A stretch of DNA of 64,000 bases from positions 44,764,001 to 44,828,000 of the forward strand of contig NC_043001.1 in NCBI RefSeq assembly GCF_006345805.1, written 5' to 3'. The position numbers were made by a program, and so were the translations under genes. This document shows positions 1 to 12,828 of the stretch, piece after piece (within the stretch, counting starts at the first letter, position 1; each line of letters starts with the position of its first letter). Source of the stretch: Octopus sinensis. Taxonomy: Eukaryota. The notes below the pieces were generated by a model. It was not told the DNA's origin and searched no databases. It saw only the letters and a list, made by a program, of their open reading frames with translations.

Positions 1-2475
1 TCAGCTGGTAGTACTGACCTCAACTCTTCTCCCACTGGTTTAACTTAGAGGTTGATGGTCCCTAATCCCAATATCACTTAACGCAACAGGACAATAACGT
101 TTCCTGAGCTGTCCGTGACTCAAATTATGAGTCACAGATTCAGTCAATGTTTTTCATAGTTCCAATAAATGAATTTTTCAACAATTAGTAGCCATGAAAA
201 CATTTTAAAAACAAAAAAAAAACAATAAAACTTCCTTTCTAATTCGTCTTAGATTCAACGTAATAGATAAACATCGACTTAAAAAGTACATTTTCATGCA
301 AAATACTGGATGCATATGTTAATATGCACACACAATTAAATTAAGTTTTTATTTGTATTCTATGGATATTTTTTTTTCTCTCTAAAAGAAGATATTTTTG
401 ATGTTTAAAGTGATCTTTCATTTATTTCACAAAGCATTCACATTAAACACCTGGAATTATCTCCCTTCTCTAAATTCCTGTCACCATGTTTGAAAAAGAA
501 ACTGTTGTGAAAAACCGTCTGATTAAGGTTGTAATTGTTAAACTACAAAGATTATGACAGTAGTGGACTGAAGATACATAGAATTACATTAACAGTTGTA
601 TCAACTAAATACATGCACTGGCCTTAATTATAACGATACTCTTTCGCTCTCTATCCTCAATTTCATTGTCATATTTTTACGAGACGTAGTATGCAACGCC
701 CAAAATCTGTATTGCACGTGATCCAATGGCACTGATTACATAAACGTGTTTGATGGGAATAGGAAGCTGATACGTTTTAAATAAACACAAGAAATAAACT
801 GAGAACTAGTTTCTATTAACCTTTCAAGTACCGACGTGGTCATTTGATCAAGTAGAAATAGCAGCCAAATCTTTCAATCACACTTGCATTTCATTGGATA
901 ATGAAACGATATGGGTATCGCTGGAACACATTTGGTTATATGTCCGTTCAATTAAAGCCAACTCGAGTGTCAGCAGTAAGACGTGCTTAAAAGAATTATT
1001 GGCGAAACTATATTGCAACAGCCTGGTAAACGTGTTTAAGGGAGGTAACTCTTGACAGCAAAATCGTTGCTGGTTCTCCTTTCGGGCCAGACTTGTTTAA
1101 TACAAAAAGAAAAAAACTTCCAGCCGTTGTTTAAACAATGTGTTATGGACGACATTATTCAACATGTCCTTCTTTTTTAAGATATTAGGGTAGGATCTAA
1201 AAGAGGTGATTGCTATTTCTAGCAGATCGGAAGACTGTACAAAAATTCCGTCAACTGAATCAGCTAATACGTGTCACAGACTCTTTAGATATACGTAACT
1301 TTATAATACTGTTGACATTAACTGAGGACTTTGGAAAGAATTAACTGATATTGACAAAAATGCGGCAACAACGAATTCAATGTGCAGCAATTAAATTTTG
1401 TTGATAATTTAAATCATTAACAAAATAACATATGATATGAGTGGTGCAATTGACATCAGTATATAGCAGGTATTCATTTCATTGAACCTGAAAGGATGAA
1501 ATGCAAAGTTGAACCCATGATCTCCCCTCTCGTTGTAAAAAGTTTGCCAACATGCAAAACTGTAAAGGAAGCCAAGCCATCTTAATTTTCAAGGATGCCT
1601 ATAAATTCTCCAAATTGTTTATTCACAAACAAAACTCCTCCTTAAATATTGAAATTCCACTTGTAGATCGCTGATAGTAACATTTACCAATTGTTAACTA
1701 GTGAATTATAGTTTCATTACAAATTTTCCTATTTTAACCAACTTCTCTGTTTGTTCGTTATCCTACATGCATTGAAATAGAAAATAGAAACTCTTGCAAT
1801 AACAGTAAAGTTATCTCCTCTTGATTTTTTTTTCATTTTATTTACCGAAATCCTGAAATAATTGTTCGTTTTCACTACCAGTTTCAACAGTGTAAAGTCA
1901 AGAGGGAACGTCTAACATGATCTCTCGACCTACTTGAGTTAGCAATCAAATCTCACTGTACATCTTAGAAAGAAAAGATGGTAATGGTTTGAAAGTCTTT
2001 AACATTTTTTCTTCCTAAGAAAATTCTTAGTGCCTATAGACTTCTACACAAATGAATCTATGAACTGTCTCACTGTTCCAAGTCAAGTATTTTCCATGGA
2101 CACTGGATGATGGAGGTTTATAGCAACCTTAAACACGTCTTTCACTCTCCACTCTGAAATCCAATTTGCTACCATGACAAAATTCTGTGAGAGCATATTA
2201 CACAAAAATGTTTTGTGTTCTGACCAATAATTTTTTTTAAATGTTAGCTATTTTATGAATTCTCACTTTAGATTCTTGTTATTTTGAAAATTAATAGAAA
2301 AACACTGAATATTTTGGTTCAAATATGATCACAAAAAGGTAAAGTCAGTATTATATAATCATTTGAGCAGCGATTGATAGGAAAAGTCAACTACTGAACA
2401 AAATGCATTGCAGAGTGTCCCTTTACATTTCAAGGCACACCTTGCCTTGGACAACTTCACCTTTCTTGTTTCCAG

Positions 2476-2540
2476 TCAAGGCAATATGCCTATAACAACA
2501 CCTCTCCCTCTCAAATCTATGACCTTGGAACTGTGCCAAT
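2476..2540 (+). CDS. Candidate coding exon of an unidentified plus-strand gene (SRQYAYNNTSPSQIYDLGTVP), phase 0 to 2
   Basis: Acceptor ttcacctttcttgtttccag, donor AAT|gtaaga, open frame; phase fits candidate exon 5164-5258. No homology recognised. Confidence 0.3.
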
Positions 2541-3352
2541 GTAAGAATTCAATTTTACATACAGCAGAGTCAGTATCACTAAACATTAAGGCAGCTGTTG
2601 GACAGAATAATTAGAGTATGCAATATTTAATTAAAACTGTTTACATTTTGAATCAACGTCCCAATAAGGTTCAATTTTATTCTCATCTTTCTTGAAGAGT
2701 GACAAAATAGGTACCAGTGAAGTATTAGGTGCTTGTATAAATGGTTATCTCCCACCCCCACACACATTAATGGTCCTCTGTCCATATTTGAAATGAAGAT
2801 TACACAATTAACATAAATCTGTAACATATGGCAACATGGTAAATATTGCATAGCAACACTGTCAATATCTCAGTTAACATAACTAATATCCATATTACAT
2901 ATGATAAATGCCTGTGTTGCATATGTGATATAATACACTTCAAAATTAATTCTCATTCTGATGCAATATTGATGCAATGATTCAATAAAAAAAAACTGTT
3001 TTATTTATTAATTTTTTACTGTATTTATTTATTTGTTTACTTCTGTTGTTTCTCTTCATTTTTTTTTTTCTTGTTTTAAATGTACAAATAAATAATTAAG
3101 AAAAAAGAGGTTAATTATAATACAATTTGAATTTAGTGTAGAGGAAGGCAGGGAAGAATAAAGGGGGGGAAGGATCAGGAAAAAACATACAAAAACAAAA
3201 GCAAGCTTTTATTTATAAAAACCTGCTGTATAATATACAGGCACATAAACATACTGATATGGTTTAAATGAAGACAGAAAATAAAGTGAACAGTTGCCTT
3301 TTAATTTTTGACACACACACACGTGTGTGTGTGTGTGTGTGTATGTGTGTGC

Positions 3353-3400
3353 GTTGCCTGAAGACCCTGTGTATCCACAGGTGAAACTCAGAGTAGCAAG
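3353..3400 (+). ncRNA. Minimal type I hammerhead ribozyme (Penelope/retrozyme-like)
   Basis: Core CTGAAGA 3358-3364; stem II cctgtg/cacagg with tatc loop; GAAA 3383-3386; stem III actc-a-gagt; GUA cleavage triplet 3393-3395; stem I ttgc 3354-3357 / gcaa 3396-3399. The 10.1-11.1 pair is a C.U mismatch. Confidence 0.6.
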
Positions 3401-3480
3401 AAACTGATTCAACCAAAATAAAAAATATTAATTTCTAGGTTAGTATCAAGTACTCTTTCTTCTGACAGTAAACACAAAAC

Positions 3481-3525
<45 letters not shown>

Positions 3526-4120
3526 TGTTTGTTTTTATATCATATATAAAAACAATTTAATATTAAACTGAAGGAGTACTCAATACTTGAAAGTAAGTAC
3601 ATGTTTATTAAACTTTTAAAAGGAAAAGGTCAGCCTTTTGCTTGTATGCACACACACACATACACTTTTATAAATGAACTTTTATTTTACAAAAGCAGTC
3701 ACCCAGATATATACATATAAATACATTTGGCATGAGTGTGTGAGTGCATTTCCCTATGTGCATGTGCATCCATTTTTTCTTATACATAGCCCTACACAAA
3801 CACACACACAATCTTTTTTTTATAAGATATTCAAAACCCATGGCCTTTGGTATATAACACAGACTATATATATATATATATATATTGACAAGTATAGATT
3901 AATATCTGGGTGTCTGTATCTGCTATGTGTCAATAAACTTCAGTTATATGAGTACATATGCACTCATGCACACACAACACACCACAACAAAAATATATAT
4001 ATATGGTCTAAAAAGCAGGTTAGGAATAAGTGGGTATGTGTGTGTAATAAAATATTAAAGTACTGAATACTCAGAACATAGAATGTGAATGTATGTGCGT
4101 ATCGTGTCTGTAGTTATTTC

Positions 4121-4252
4121 CATACTATGATTTCATGATAAGGTTCAGGTATTTAGGCACTCCAATCTTCAGCAGAATTTTGCAGTAGTTGAAAAAACAT
4201 ACAAAAATCTGCTGAAGATAACTGTGTCCAAATACCTGGAAACCATAGTATG
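4121..4252. repeat. Imperfect inverted repeat / hairpin (MITE remnant or pre-miRNA-like)
   Basis: ttcaggtatttaggcactccaatcttcagcagaattttg (4144-4182) is complementary to caaaaatctgctgaagataactgtgtccaaatacctggaa (4202-4241); outer catactatg/catagtatg also pair. Confidence 0.7.
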
Positions 4253-4739
4253 CAAGTAATTTTTTTTACCTGTCCTGGCATTTATTCTGCCTGTTTACAT
4301 TTCTTCCACTATCTTATACAATCTATAGGGTCTTAAAAGATTCACACCAGCAACATCTATGTACTGGGCCAGTATGAGGTTGTGCCAGCACAGATGGACT
4401 TCCTGTATTTTGTTAGGGATTGGAGCAACACTGTACCATTTTACCATTTTTGCATGCTTTTATTCATGACACTATCAGTTCAGGTGCAGTGCAGCCAGAA
4501 TCCAGCAAATCAGTTTGCACATGCTGGCTGACATTTGATCTCCTATAGAGCCAATGTCCATACAATGGTCTTGTCCCCTCAACTTCATAGACATCAGTAA
4601 CAACAGGCACTAAGCATATGTGTATGTATATACACAGACGTATGTCTATATTATATAATGATGTTCTGTGTGAGTAGGTGTATGTATATAAAGGAACATA
4701 CACTGACACATACACACACACAAAGTAATACACATACAC

Positions 4740-4777
<38 letters not shown>

Positions 4778-5127
4778 ACATAGACATATATCTAAGGCAT
4801 AGCCACTTATAAATCTTAGCAGTAGGATAAAAATCAAACAATGTAACAAAGATAAAGAAAAAGAAAGGAGGAGAAACTTAATGGAACATGGAATGAGATA
4901 TGTAAAGACCACATCCAGCTTGGAATGATGCAAGTACTTCATTATACATACTGAGGTAGACAATGCAAAAATGTGAAAAAAAAAATGAAATTATTTTTAT
5001 TATCATTATTATCACTAATGGTGGTGGATGGTAGAATTGCTAAAATGCTGGTCAAAATGTCTTTTTTATAATTTTCTATGGCTTAGCCATGGGAGGAAGG
5101 GCAACAACTATAACCACCCCCATACAC

Positions 5128-5158
<31 letters not shown>

Positions 5159-5163
5159 TGCAG

Positions 5164-5258
5164 GGCCTCTAATATTAATGAGAGGCAAAAGAGGGGAAGA
5201 ATTATCCTTGAACTGGAGACTTGGCCTGAAAGTTTGAAAGAGACTCCACTGGGACCAG
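5164..5258 (+). CDS. Candidate coding exon (ASNINERQKRGRIILELETWPESLKETPLGP), phase 2 to 1
   Basis: Long poly-T then gcag acceptor, donor CAG|gtgatg; only one frame is open across it. Confidence 0.35.
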
Positions 5259-6713
5259 GTGATGATATTAAAATGGGCAATGGACTAAGTCTACAAGCCA
5301 CTTTGAAATTTTTTATTTATTTATTTATTTTGGTTATGTTATTTCTTTGTTTTGAATTCAAATTTTGCCAGCTGGTGCTTAGCTTTTCCATCTACCGCAG
5401 CTTGATAATATAAGACACTGATCAAGTAATGGAGACAATTTCACAGCTCTCAGCTTCTGAGCTTATGGGACAGTATATATGTTGGATATTATTATTACTC
5501 CAAGCCTTGTGCCTATAGTAAAAAGAATTATTATTATTATTATTATTATAGTGGGTAGCTGAAACAGCAGAATAATGAAATGAAATTTCTTGCAGGATTT
5601 GGATACATCTCTTTGTTTTAAGTTCAATTTCTCCACTGAGGTCAACTTTGCCTTTCACCTCTTCCAAACTTTGTGGAACTGGGCCAATGTTAGAAATAAT
5701 TCTTAAAATTATTTTATTATCATTTTGATACAGAGCAATATCGAATTCTATCATTGTGTGTTAAGTTCAAATCAAATCATAGACAGAAGTAAATACAGAC
5801 ATGGGACTTATACAATCTGACCAAATGGATAAAATATACCCAGTGTGTACCAACTTGGGCTGAAAAAAATCACCTTACACTGCCTCAATTAATATGTGAC
5901 CTTGTGACAATGTAAAATAATCATTATTATCTATGGGAATATCCAGTTTGCAAGAAATATTGAGGCATCAGACTAAATATTTTACAGAATATAGTTTTGT
6001 CTTCTTCACTCTGATCTCAAATCATACCAGGTTTGGCTTTGCCTTTCAGCTCTCTCTGATTAAAGAAAGACTAATCATATACTACATCATAATTTAAGTG
6101 GCCCACCCACCCATTACCTTACTCCCACAACTTACAATCTTGTAGTACATTTAGGAGAAATCATCATCATCATCATTAAAGAATGTAAGGTGGCCTTAGG
6201 TTGGTTGTATCAGAAGGATTAAGGTGGAAAAGTGGTTTCAACTTGCATTGTGGGGATAAAGTCGTCTTTATTAATCCATGCTTCCTGGGTTACTAAACTT
6301 AAAATCTCTCAAACTAGAGAAGAATTTTGTTTGGCTGCTGCTTGATCACCTTGATTAATGGTAAAACCCACATTTCACTCAGCAACTTCACTACAACATT
6401 CAGAAATGGGTATTAGAAGAAACCACAAACAAATTGGTTTCCATTGTAATAGGAACAATTATAGTTGACCCACAACATATAAGTGTACAAGGAGCAAGAG
6501 TTCAACAATAAAGTAATAACAAAAACTTTTTTTTTAAATCTACTGGAAGACAGTGAAAGGGCAAGTGTCTTCTGTATGGTTGCTCATACTTTATGCCTAT
6601 TACATCCAAGTCACACAATTCAGTTTTCATGACCATGTTTCTTGTAATAGTAATTACATAATGTGTGAGCCTATGAAAGAGTCAAGTAACAACAGGGTTT
6701 ACTGAGAGAATAG

Positions 6714-6732
6714 GAGGAGGAGGTGGTGGTGA

Positions 6733-6763
<31 letters not shown>

Positions 6764-6856
6764 GGTGGTGGTGGTGGTGATGGTAGTGGTGGTGGTGGTA
6801 GTAGTAGTAGTAGTAGTATAGTAGTAGTAGTAGTAGTATAGTAGTAGTAGTAGTTG
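6714..6856. repeat. Compound trinucleotide microsatellite (GGA)n(GGT)n(AGT)n
   Basis: Directly visible; explains ORFs 6682-6903 and 6699-6929. Confidence 0.95.
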
Positions 6857-7169
6857 TTACAGTGATGCCTGCAGTTATGGCCTGTGGAAGGGTTAACTGA
6901 CAAGGTTTCCAGACAGAATTTTTAAGCAACAGTCATAGTATCCATTACACAAGGCTACCAGCAACAGTAAACTGTAGATACACCATCTGACCACTAAGTT
7001 TGCAGTTAGCAGACACAGCTGTGGTACAAGGCAACTCAATGGTAATGAGATCTTCAGTTAGAAACAAAATATGTTGTTGCTGCAGGGGACTGAAGGCTGG
7101 AGTGTGCTACAACTACAAATTGTACTCTCCAATGACCAGGCATTTTTTTCATAATTAGCCATTTATTTC

Positions 7170-8960
7170 TCACTATATTGTATATATTTCCGTTTTCATG
7201 GGTGGGATGGCTTACAATAACTATTAACCTACTGATAACTACTGAACTGTGAATCGGGGAGTGGAGCCTGTTTTCAAGCCAACTGGAGCAATAAAAATCA
7301 GATCTAAAAGGGGTTTTATTTTTTAAGGGTAAGGTATAGAGGAAGTGCTTATGGCCTGCATAGGGACTGTATAACTAGTTAGATTAATGCTGTTAACACT
7401 CCTCTTGAGCAACTTAAAAAAAATATGAGAATCTCGATGGGGGGTGAGCAACATTCTGGGAAGGAAATACTGGGCATAGTAGCATAATTTATGCAGAGCC
7501 TGAAGGAGAAGGTATATGACAGAAAGAGGAAAAACAACAAGTTGGGAGTACCTCAGTGGAGGTAGCATGAAACCAACCAGCTCCAAGAAACAGAGGTCAC
7601 ACTTGTACAAAAAAAAAAAAAAAAACCCAGAGAGGTGACAGTACATCTGTGAACCAGATGCTGGAGTGTGCCATTGAATAACTGCCTACCAACCAGTGTG
7701 ATGGCCATCATTTTGGATGTGATCTAGGATGTCTGTGCATGTAGCAGCAGCAGAGTCCCAAATGTGTCCTCCATTGTGCAAGTTAATAAGGTTGAGAGTT
7801 AAGATATTTTCTGGCCCTGAAGTTGAAGACCAGTTTTTGTGATGCAGTTTTAATTCTGTTGAGAATGTGCATTTACCAGGAGGCCTCGCATTTTGGGGTT
7901 TTAGCAGTATACTGTCAATGCTTAGAGGAAGAGACATACAATACTATTTTCTAGATATGTGTAGTTAATGAGCTCTTGTGCTATTAAAGCAGACAAGATT
8001 GGCATGACACCATTATGAATATTTTCAGCATTTCTATTCATGGATTCAATGCAAATTTGGCTTGAGGTGACTATGTAACATGTGGATGATACTTAGATGT
8101 GGAAGGTTAGGCAGGGATTGAAGGATGGTACCATCTGCATAAGAGAGGATGTTATTGGAAGTAAAAGGAAGTAGGTAATTGATATACAGGAGGAAAGGGC
8201 AGGCAGAACCAAGCCCTGGGTCACATAAGAATTAAGGCAAGAGAGCTTCATCGGTACACTCCATGATGTCAAATCCAACAAGAAGGAACCAATCTAGTTT
8301 TTACCTGGAGATCTACGTGCCACAGTTGAAAGCCTTGCTGATATCAAGGGCAATGACACCTGTTTTTACCAAATTTCTTGAGAGCAAGAATCCACTAGTG
8401 AATAACCAAACAGAACAATTTCCAATAGATCTGGATTCATTGAAGCTATGCTACGCGTCATTTGGTCAGTAAAGAGGGAAAGAAATAGAGAAGATGCAAA
8501 AGGGAAACATAAGTGGTTATTTCCATGTCCTTTTAGATGTTGGAAATAAATGCAATAAGATGATTAACTGGCATGGTCTCAGAAGTGTTGCCCTTCATGA
8601 GAAAGGGTTACACTGTAGTGTTTCCAAAGAGCAGGATATATCTCAATAGAGAGAAAGAGGTGAACTGTTTGGTGAGGGCAAGGATAGCTCTGATGCATAT
8701 TGTTTGAAGGTAATGGAAGGAATATTATCAGTACTTATGTTGGCTTTAATATACAGAGAAGCTTTTGCACTTCCTATGTATGTGCTGTGGTGAACCTGGT
8801 GGAGCAGAAAGAGGTTTATTCAGTATGTGCAATGGGGAGTTGGATACAAAGTGTGGAGGTTTTCTCCACAAAAGTACTGCTTACAGATACCTTGCTCAGA
8901 GGAACAACACTGGTTGTCTTAAGATTCAAACTTTATTCATTGTGCCTTATATGCAAGGTA
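7170..8960 (-). mobile_element. Decayed, 5'-truncated CR1/Jockey-group LINE (RT and 3' end)
   Basis: Frameshifted minus-strand RT motifs: TDNIPSITFKQYASELS (GPDGIP..LK..A.EL-like, ~8690-8750), IALDISKAF+VWH (~8320-8357), QG.VLP.LFLLYIN..SYADGT (~8130-8220), C-terminal LLKRSVNSINL (~7380-7415). Confidence 0.8.
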
Positions 8961-10174
8961 TAATAATAGCTGTATGGTTAAGCTGTGAATCATTGTTCAA
9001 AATTTTTGAATATTAAAAATTTTAAACAGTTAACAACTAGTGCTCCTTATTTATTCATTTATATCCTCTCTGTATATGGAAGGCAGCCCCTTTTGAGGTC
9101 TGAATCATGGTAGGTAAATATGAGTGAAGTTGATGGCATTAAAGACAAAGTGTGCATGTATAGCTATATACATAAATGTGCATCCACACACACACACACA
9201 CACAGGCCATTCATTCTTTCTACTAACTTGAGGATTTAGTGAGGAGTGGGGAAAGAGAGATGCATTACTTTTCCTCTACAAAAAGGAAAGGTTATCATGA
9301 GAAGAGACACAATCACCTCCTGAATGGGATGCCAGTCTATCGCAGGCAACTATTCCTGTGGGTAGAACCGAACTTGGCACTACAAGCTAACAAATCACTC
9401 ATCAGTTTTTATTGAAGCTTCTGCTTCTTACAGTAATGAATTTTATTTTTCATTGTCAACACACCTACCTGCAGCCAGGTGGACGGGGCTGGTGAAAGCT
9501 GATGTCTTGACCAAGGGTATATCACAACAGTGCTTGTGACAGGTTATGAACTAACAACCACTCAAAACATACCCTAACAAGTTTGACCCTCTGCATTCAC
9601 AAGGAGGACTACGGGTGCAATCAAGCACATTACACAGAAAAAGCAGCAGCATCAACAACCTCTTTAATTTCCAAATACTGTGCTAAGATGCACACCACCA
9701 GAGATAAATGCAGAGGAACAGTGACAGCTGTTCTCTGACCAAGTCCACCTTGCCCACCTCTTGTGTCTATCGCCAGAACCTACAGGCATACAAGAACAGA
9801 CTGGGCAATAGAGAAATAATCCACTGCATAACTCAGTGTGGTTCTCCACTAGGTAGGGGTATGATATATCTGGGACAATGGACATGTGGACCTAGTTGTT
9901 TAACCTACCTACAATGGGGCCTTTATGTGACTGCTCAAAAATGATTATGGATGGAAAGCCTTCAATCATAGGCCTGTTGGATTAGGGCCAACTTGGAGAT
10001 AAACAAATAAATACTTTCATATCAATAAGAAGTATACAGAAACCGGTGGACAATGGAGAAAATGTAATGTCCAAACTACCACACAGTACCCCAGATGATA
10101 AACCACGATCTGTCTGAGTACACACTATGGTTCTCCACCAAGGGGAGGTATGGTGTGTGTATATGTAAATGTAA

Positions 10175-10234
<60 letters not shown>

Positions 10235-10458
10235 CAGCTCACACCAATTTACTTAAACTTATTTAAGCGCTATAGGTCCAATAGATCAGCATTGGCCCAG
10301 GAATAAATGATAACCACCCATTAAATTTAGTAGCTAAATGGATGACTATATATTTTAAGTCACAGATCTTAGGTTCCACAACAAAGATTAGATGGGTACA
10401 AAGGGGAAAATTGAAGCATTAAAATAGCTACTTCAATGTCAAATGACCACTCTTTTAG

Positions 10459-10590
10459 AGGTTGAGCACAGCTTTCCAATAATAACAACTTTAGTAAAGA
10501 AGAAAGAGGAAAGTCATCTCAATGCTCAAGAAAGACTGAATAAATCTGTTGATTCTATTTGTTATGCTGACTGTGAGGTCAAAACAGAGT
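10459..10590 (+). CDS. Candidate coding exon (EVEHSFPIITTLVKKKEESHLNAQERLNKSVDSICYADCEVKTE), symmetric phase 1 to 1
   Basis: Acceptor cactcttttag, donor AGT|gtaaga, 132 nt inside ORF 10443-10730, complex composition. Confidence 0.35.
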
Positions 10591-11571
10591 GTAAGACTAT
10601 TAAGTGGCTGTATTTCAAATCTCACAGCAACTGTTGTGTTGAGTTTCCAGAGAGAAATATATCACTGGTTACTGTAGAATGCTTTAAAATATTTTTTAAA
10701 AAAACAGTCCTATATCTCCTTTATAGTTAAATAGTTAGTGACTGGAAGGACATCCAGGTACAGAAACAACTTATTAAAAAAAACAAAAAACACAACAATG
10801 CAAAAGTGAAATAATGAATAGAAAAGTAAAAAGGAAGTGGTGCTGTTAATTAGCATTAATTGTAAAATTTGTAAAATCATGTAAGTTTGTGCAATATAAG
10901 GAAAGTTTAATTCTGGCATTACAAACCGTGAAATGCTAGAACACTTCTTTTCAACAATAGTTTCCTTGGACTTTTTCCTTTATACAATATGTAAGATAAG
11001 GTCCGGTGTGTTGTGAGCAGGGATGGGGAGAGGGGTCTGATGATTTGGGTAGTACACTGAAATATTAATAAAAATCTGTTAAAATTCCAGAGCTCAACCC
11101 AAAATGTCAGAGAAAATTCACCTTTTCTCACAGCACACAAATTTATTTTGATTTTTTTCTACAAATTTCAAAATTGTTTTTTACCTGATGCAAATGATCA
11201 AAAGTTACCTCAGATACTTATTTTTTAAACCTTTTAATTAAGGCTGAAATTGTTATTAAATGTAATTTTTCTTTTACTTCAGCATCAATGTGACATTCAT
11301 AAATCTTCCTTGCTTATATTTTAAGAGCAAATTAATCCAGTGAACTATTAGATCTTGTTTTATTTTACAAGTTATTTTAAGGCCAGTCCGTAACTCTTCC
11401 AACCATCATCCCTACCCTCATTCTTTTATAATAATACCACCACCACCATCCTTAACAGAATACAAGTAATTTTTTTAATGAGGCACACAATGGTTTCTTT
11501 TGATTCTTGTTAACAGTGAGAGGGAATTAAAATAGAATTTAATCTGCTATTTTATTAAAGAGAGAGAGGAG

Positions 11572-11628
<57 letters not shown>

Positions 11629-11782
11629 TATATATATTAATGGTGATTTGATTTTATTAACACTCCAGGAGGAATGAAAATGGTAAAGGTCACCATCTAA
11701 CACAATCAGAATCCTCATGATCAAGAACCACAAAAAGACATTAAGCTAAATCAGACCCCTTATGAAGAATCTTCAACCAAGG

Positions 11783-12050
11783 TATCACCATCATCACTGT
11801 GACAAGATCTACCATTACCATTAACATCAATGACAGCACTATTGTGACAAGAGCCATTACCATTGTCATCAATGTCACCATGGTGACAAGAGCCATCACC
11901 CTAACCACCACTGACAACAACCATCTCCACTATCACCACCATCACCATTAATATGATTGCTACAGTGACAGCAGCCATCACCAACACCATTGTAACAATA
12001 GGCTTTACCATTTACACCACTGTGACAACAATGATAATCACCTTACCATA
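11783..12050. repeat. Degenerate minisatellite built on cactgtgacaagagccatcaccatt-like units
   Basis: Recurrent gtgacaag / gtgacaac / gtgacagc followed by (cac)/(cat) runs. Confidence 0.7.
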
Positions 12051-12773
12051 GTCAAAAAACTGTAAATTCCTCTCTAGTTTTAGAGGTGTATGTGATGGTG
12101 GTGGTAAGGGTTTTTGAAGTACTGGTGCTTAGCTGATATTTCACGGTATTAAGTGGGTAAGAGATTAATCTCTTCTTGGACAGTCAATAACAAGCTGGCT
12201 CATATTTACAAAAAACACAAGTGAACACAAGCAATGTATATAACAAATTGCTCAGCCTAGAAGCAAGAAATGTGTGTGCAGTGGATTTGAATTGATGCCT
12301 TTGAGAATCTAGTTCAAAACCTTTTTCACTTGATCCTCTCACCACCACAATGATCAAACAGGGAAACATCAAAGCAAAAAAAAAAAACACACACACACAC
12401 AAGATCACTAAAATAAAATGATAAATTTTCAGATGATTCATCAATAGTTTGAATTTTCATGATGTAAATATCCACCACTGCATGGCAACCTGGCCACTGC
12501 TGACTCATAGATGAAACCAGTGCACAAAATTCCATATTTGGGTTGCACTCACAAGAGTTCAGTATTACAATCCAAAGAAAACACTTGATAATTTTACAAT
12601 GCTTCCACTGCTTAATGTAATAAAATGTACCACCCTAACACAGCATGTAGTGTCAGCATGAGAACACAAAACACTTACCATTCGATTGACTAGTGTCCTA
12701 TCAAATAAGTCATGCATGACCCTTGGAATTTACTAGACACTTTTTGATCATAAGTCAGCTCTTTTGACTTTAG

Positions 12774-12828
12774 GGGATATTGAAATGGAGGTTGTAATAT
12801 GCATGCCTTTTCCAACAGCATTAGCAAA
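12774..12828 (+). CDS. Candidate coding exon (DIEMEVVICMPFPTALA), phase 1 to 2
   Basis: Acceptor ctcttttgactttag, strong donor AAA|gtaagt, one open frame. Confidence 0.3.

Noticed and set aside
4212-4256. CUGAAGA...GAAAC..GUA inside the hairpin arm
   Set aside because: No stem II, and only wobble pairs for stem I.
4270-4610. Minus-strand donor CAG|gtaaaa and ORF 4464-4841
   Set aside because: Candidate exons have stops in all frames, and the ORF start lies in a microsatellite.
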